Source: a virus (taxonomy: Duplodnaviria; Caudoviricetes). From it: a DNA stretch of 57,975 bases. The stretch covers positions 1-57,975 of the IMG/VR virus record IMGVR_UViG_3300030392_001553; one strand, 5' to 3'. The notes below the pieces were generated by a model. It made no database searches. It was not told the origin of the DNA and saw only the letters and a program-made list of their open reading frames with translations. Position numbers and translations under genes: made by a program. Positions 56,028-57,975 of this stretch are shown here, one piece after another; position 1 is the first letter of the stretch; the number at the start of each line of letters is the position of its first letter.

Positions 56028-57975
56028 TATCTAATGCCCAAAAGTTTATCTCGCTCAACATTTCTAAGAAGATCTTGACCTGTTTGAGAACCAAGAACAC
56101 GGCGCCCGGCAGGAACAAAAGACCGTGATAGTTCATCTATAGAAGGTGCTGCGGGAAGCGGAGGAAGTCCTCTTCTACGAGGAGGTCTTCCCCTTATTGG
56201 TTGCCCTCTTTGTTGTTGTTCTGCTACAGCTTTTCCTGATTCTTCCAATTCATTTACTGCCATCCTTATTCCGCTTCCTGAAATTATAGCTAATTCAGAA
56301 TTGAACATACCGGCAAGTCGATTTAACGAATAAACCAATGGTCCACCAGCTTTTAAAGAGTCAAGTGAGGGTAACTCTACCCCAGCTTTGATAGCAGCCT
56401 CGTATTCTCTGGCTCTCATTCGGGGTGATGTCATTAAGTTTAATACGGTCTTGTTTCTTAGCAGACGGGCCATGGCCAGAATGGGAACCATTGCTGCACC
56501 AGCCGCTATCATAGCTGGAAGACTCAAAGTAGAAAAAGCAGCCCCTATGGAAAGAGCAGTGGTTGCTGCTACCAATCCGCCAAACCCTTTAATAGGAATG
56601 TCAGATATTTTTTCACCAGCTTGGGCAATTTTAGTCAATTGAGAAACAACATCTTCGCCTAAAATAGTATCCAAAGCCTTGTTTTGGTTTTGTTTTAAAA
56701 TATTTTTTTGCAATGCTATACCCCAAGAACCAGATTGCATGGTTGCTTCATCAAGACTATTCATCGAATTTCGTATTAGGTTATGCATAACCATATCTTT
56801 TACGCCGCCAATTCTGTTCAACTGGTCCTCTCCAACAGCACTGCGAAGTTTGGTGTAATTTTTAGGATTCTTCAGCAAACTGGTCACAAGAGAAGCGGAA
56901 TCATATATAGATCCTTCCGTTACTGATCCTAATGTTCCTTTTCTTATAGCTTCTGCAAAAGCGTTGTCGCTTTCAGCTACTGTAGCGTTCACAGCCTGTT
57001 TCAGCGATTGTATTTGTCCTTGTAAACTACCAGCGGGATATGCTCCAAAACCTTCGGGCAATGGACGAAAAGCTTTTATAACATTTTCTTTGTTTGCACC
57101 AACTAAGTAAAAGTCATCCGTTACACTTTTCATACGGGAAGCAGCTTGGGTTCCAAACAAAAGATTCTGGGTTTCTTTACCTAACTTATCGAACTGGCTG
57201 GCAAACCTGGCAGGGGAAAACCTGCCCAAGGCATCATTTGATTGGTTGTAAGCACCCTTTATCCAAGTTCTAGCGAGGCCGTTTCTAATAGACTCGCGAA
57301 CAAGTTGAGGATTTGCTCCAGCTTGGGCCAATAAGGACAAACTATCCATCTGTTCTAAATATTTTTTCGTGTGCATGGTCCTAAAGATATCGTCACTTGG
57401 TAATTTGCCAACCCAGGGGTTTAGCGTTGGAAGAATATCCCTGAGTCCGGACAACTGTATTACTTTTGCGGCTTCATCAAGTTGATTGTTGGATACAAGA
57501 GATTTAATCTGGTCTATGGTTTCCTTTGCTCCAGGTTTAGAAATTTTAGCTGCTGCCGTTGGGTTGGGTGTTACGGCTTCCAGATACATTCTTAATTTAG
57601 CCGGGTTCCCCCCTTCAACAATTTGTTTAACAACATCAACATTGCTGTTATAAAATTTATCCTTGGCATTTTTTATAATAACATTGACGGCTGTGTTGTT
57701 GATTGATTGTTGTCCATCTGTATAAAATTCGTTAGCCTTTTTCCAAGAACCTAGTCCTTGACGTAAAGACTCTTTTTCTGCTGGTCCTATCGGGTCCTTG
57801 TAAAATGTTCCGCCAATCTTTTTGCCTGTTTCATCAACAGCACCTGCTGGATGTCGAAGAAGCCCGTAACCTCTTGCTAGATTAAGAGAAAGGGTAGAAA
57901 AAGTAGAATCTATAACTTCATCAACAGATTTTATAATCTGTCCCACACCTGCTTGAGCAGCAGGTGCAATCAGTT
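56027..57975 (-). CDS. C-terminal part of the large virion protein starting at 1755
   Basis: ORF-track 639 aa frame is open to the window end and in frame with 1..1755. Confidence 0.8.
   Translation of the reverse strand, partial: LIAPAAQAGVGQIIKSVDEVIDSTFSTLSLNLARGYGLLRHPAGAVDETGKKIGGTFYKDPIGPAEKESLRQGLGSWKKANEFYTDGQQSINNTAVNVIIKNAKDKFYNSNVDVVKQIVEGGNPAKLRMYLEAVTPNPTAAAKISKPGAKETIDQIKSLVSNNQLDEAAKVIQLSGLRDILPTLNPWVGKLPSDDIFRTMHTKKYLEQMDSLSLLAQAGANPQLVRESIRNGLARTWIKGAYNQSNDALGRFSPARFASQFDKLGKETQNLLFGTQAASRMKSVTDDFYLVGANKENVIKAFRPLPEGFGAYPAGSLQGQIQSLKQAVNATVAESDNAFAEAIRKGTLGSVTEGSIYDSASLVTSLLKNPKNYTKLRSAVGEDQLNRIGGVKDMVMHNLIRNSMNSLDEATMQSGSWGIALQKNILKQNQNKALDTILGEDVVSQLTKIAQAGEKISDIPIKGFGGLVAATTALSIGAAFSTLSLPAMIAAGAAMVPILAMARLLRNKTVLNLMTSPRMRAREYEAAIKAGVELPSLDSLKAGGPLVYSLNRLAGMFNSELAIISGSGIRMAVNELEESGKAVAEQQQRGQPIRGRPPRRRGLPPLPAAPSIDELSRSFVPAGRRVLGSQTGQDLLRNVERDKLLGIR
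57641..57975. repeat. Terminal overlap copy B (allele B)
   Basis: Matches 1-344 except for two SNPs and a divergent core. Confidence 0.95.

Overview
The window is an essentially complete, circularly permuted ~57.6 kb tailed dsDNA phage genome. Bases 1-344 and 57641-57975 are two alleles of the same locus. Gene content resembles the marine HTVC023P/vSAG 37-F6-like group: Mu-gpT-like major capsid 'MAISRAQL...', GroES, portal, family A DNA polymerase, primase, UvrD and SNF2 helicases (assignment from recall, not a database search). Layout: virion, packaging and lysis genes on the minus strand (53016 through the junction to ~31.9 kb), an accessory/early region (32-46 kb), and a plus-strand replication operon (46-53 kb). 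The main find is a nuclease-less Nop/IS110-related protein (39084-39902) followed directly by a 486-bp array of 13.5 36-nt units with alternating repeats and 27 unique 9-nt spacers. This matches a TIGR-Tas (TasA-type) RNA-guided system. The gene overlaps an upstream C5 methyltransferase gene and lies in a DNA-modification cluster. Other notable signals: a perfect bacterial parS site, a two-frame (M.EcoHK31I-like) methyltransferase, a candidate promoter/terminator-bounded ncRNA, an inverted-repeat-flanked 3-gene segment, strand-polar CCCGAC repeats, an iteron-like origin candidate, a shared xxGG peptide tag, and a two-allele hypervariable patch in a large virion protein. All functional calls rest on motif recognition by eye.
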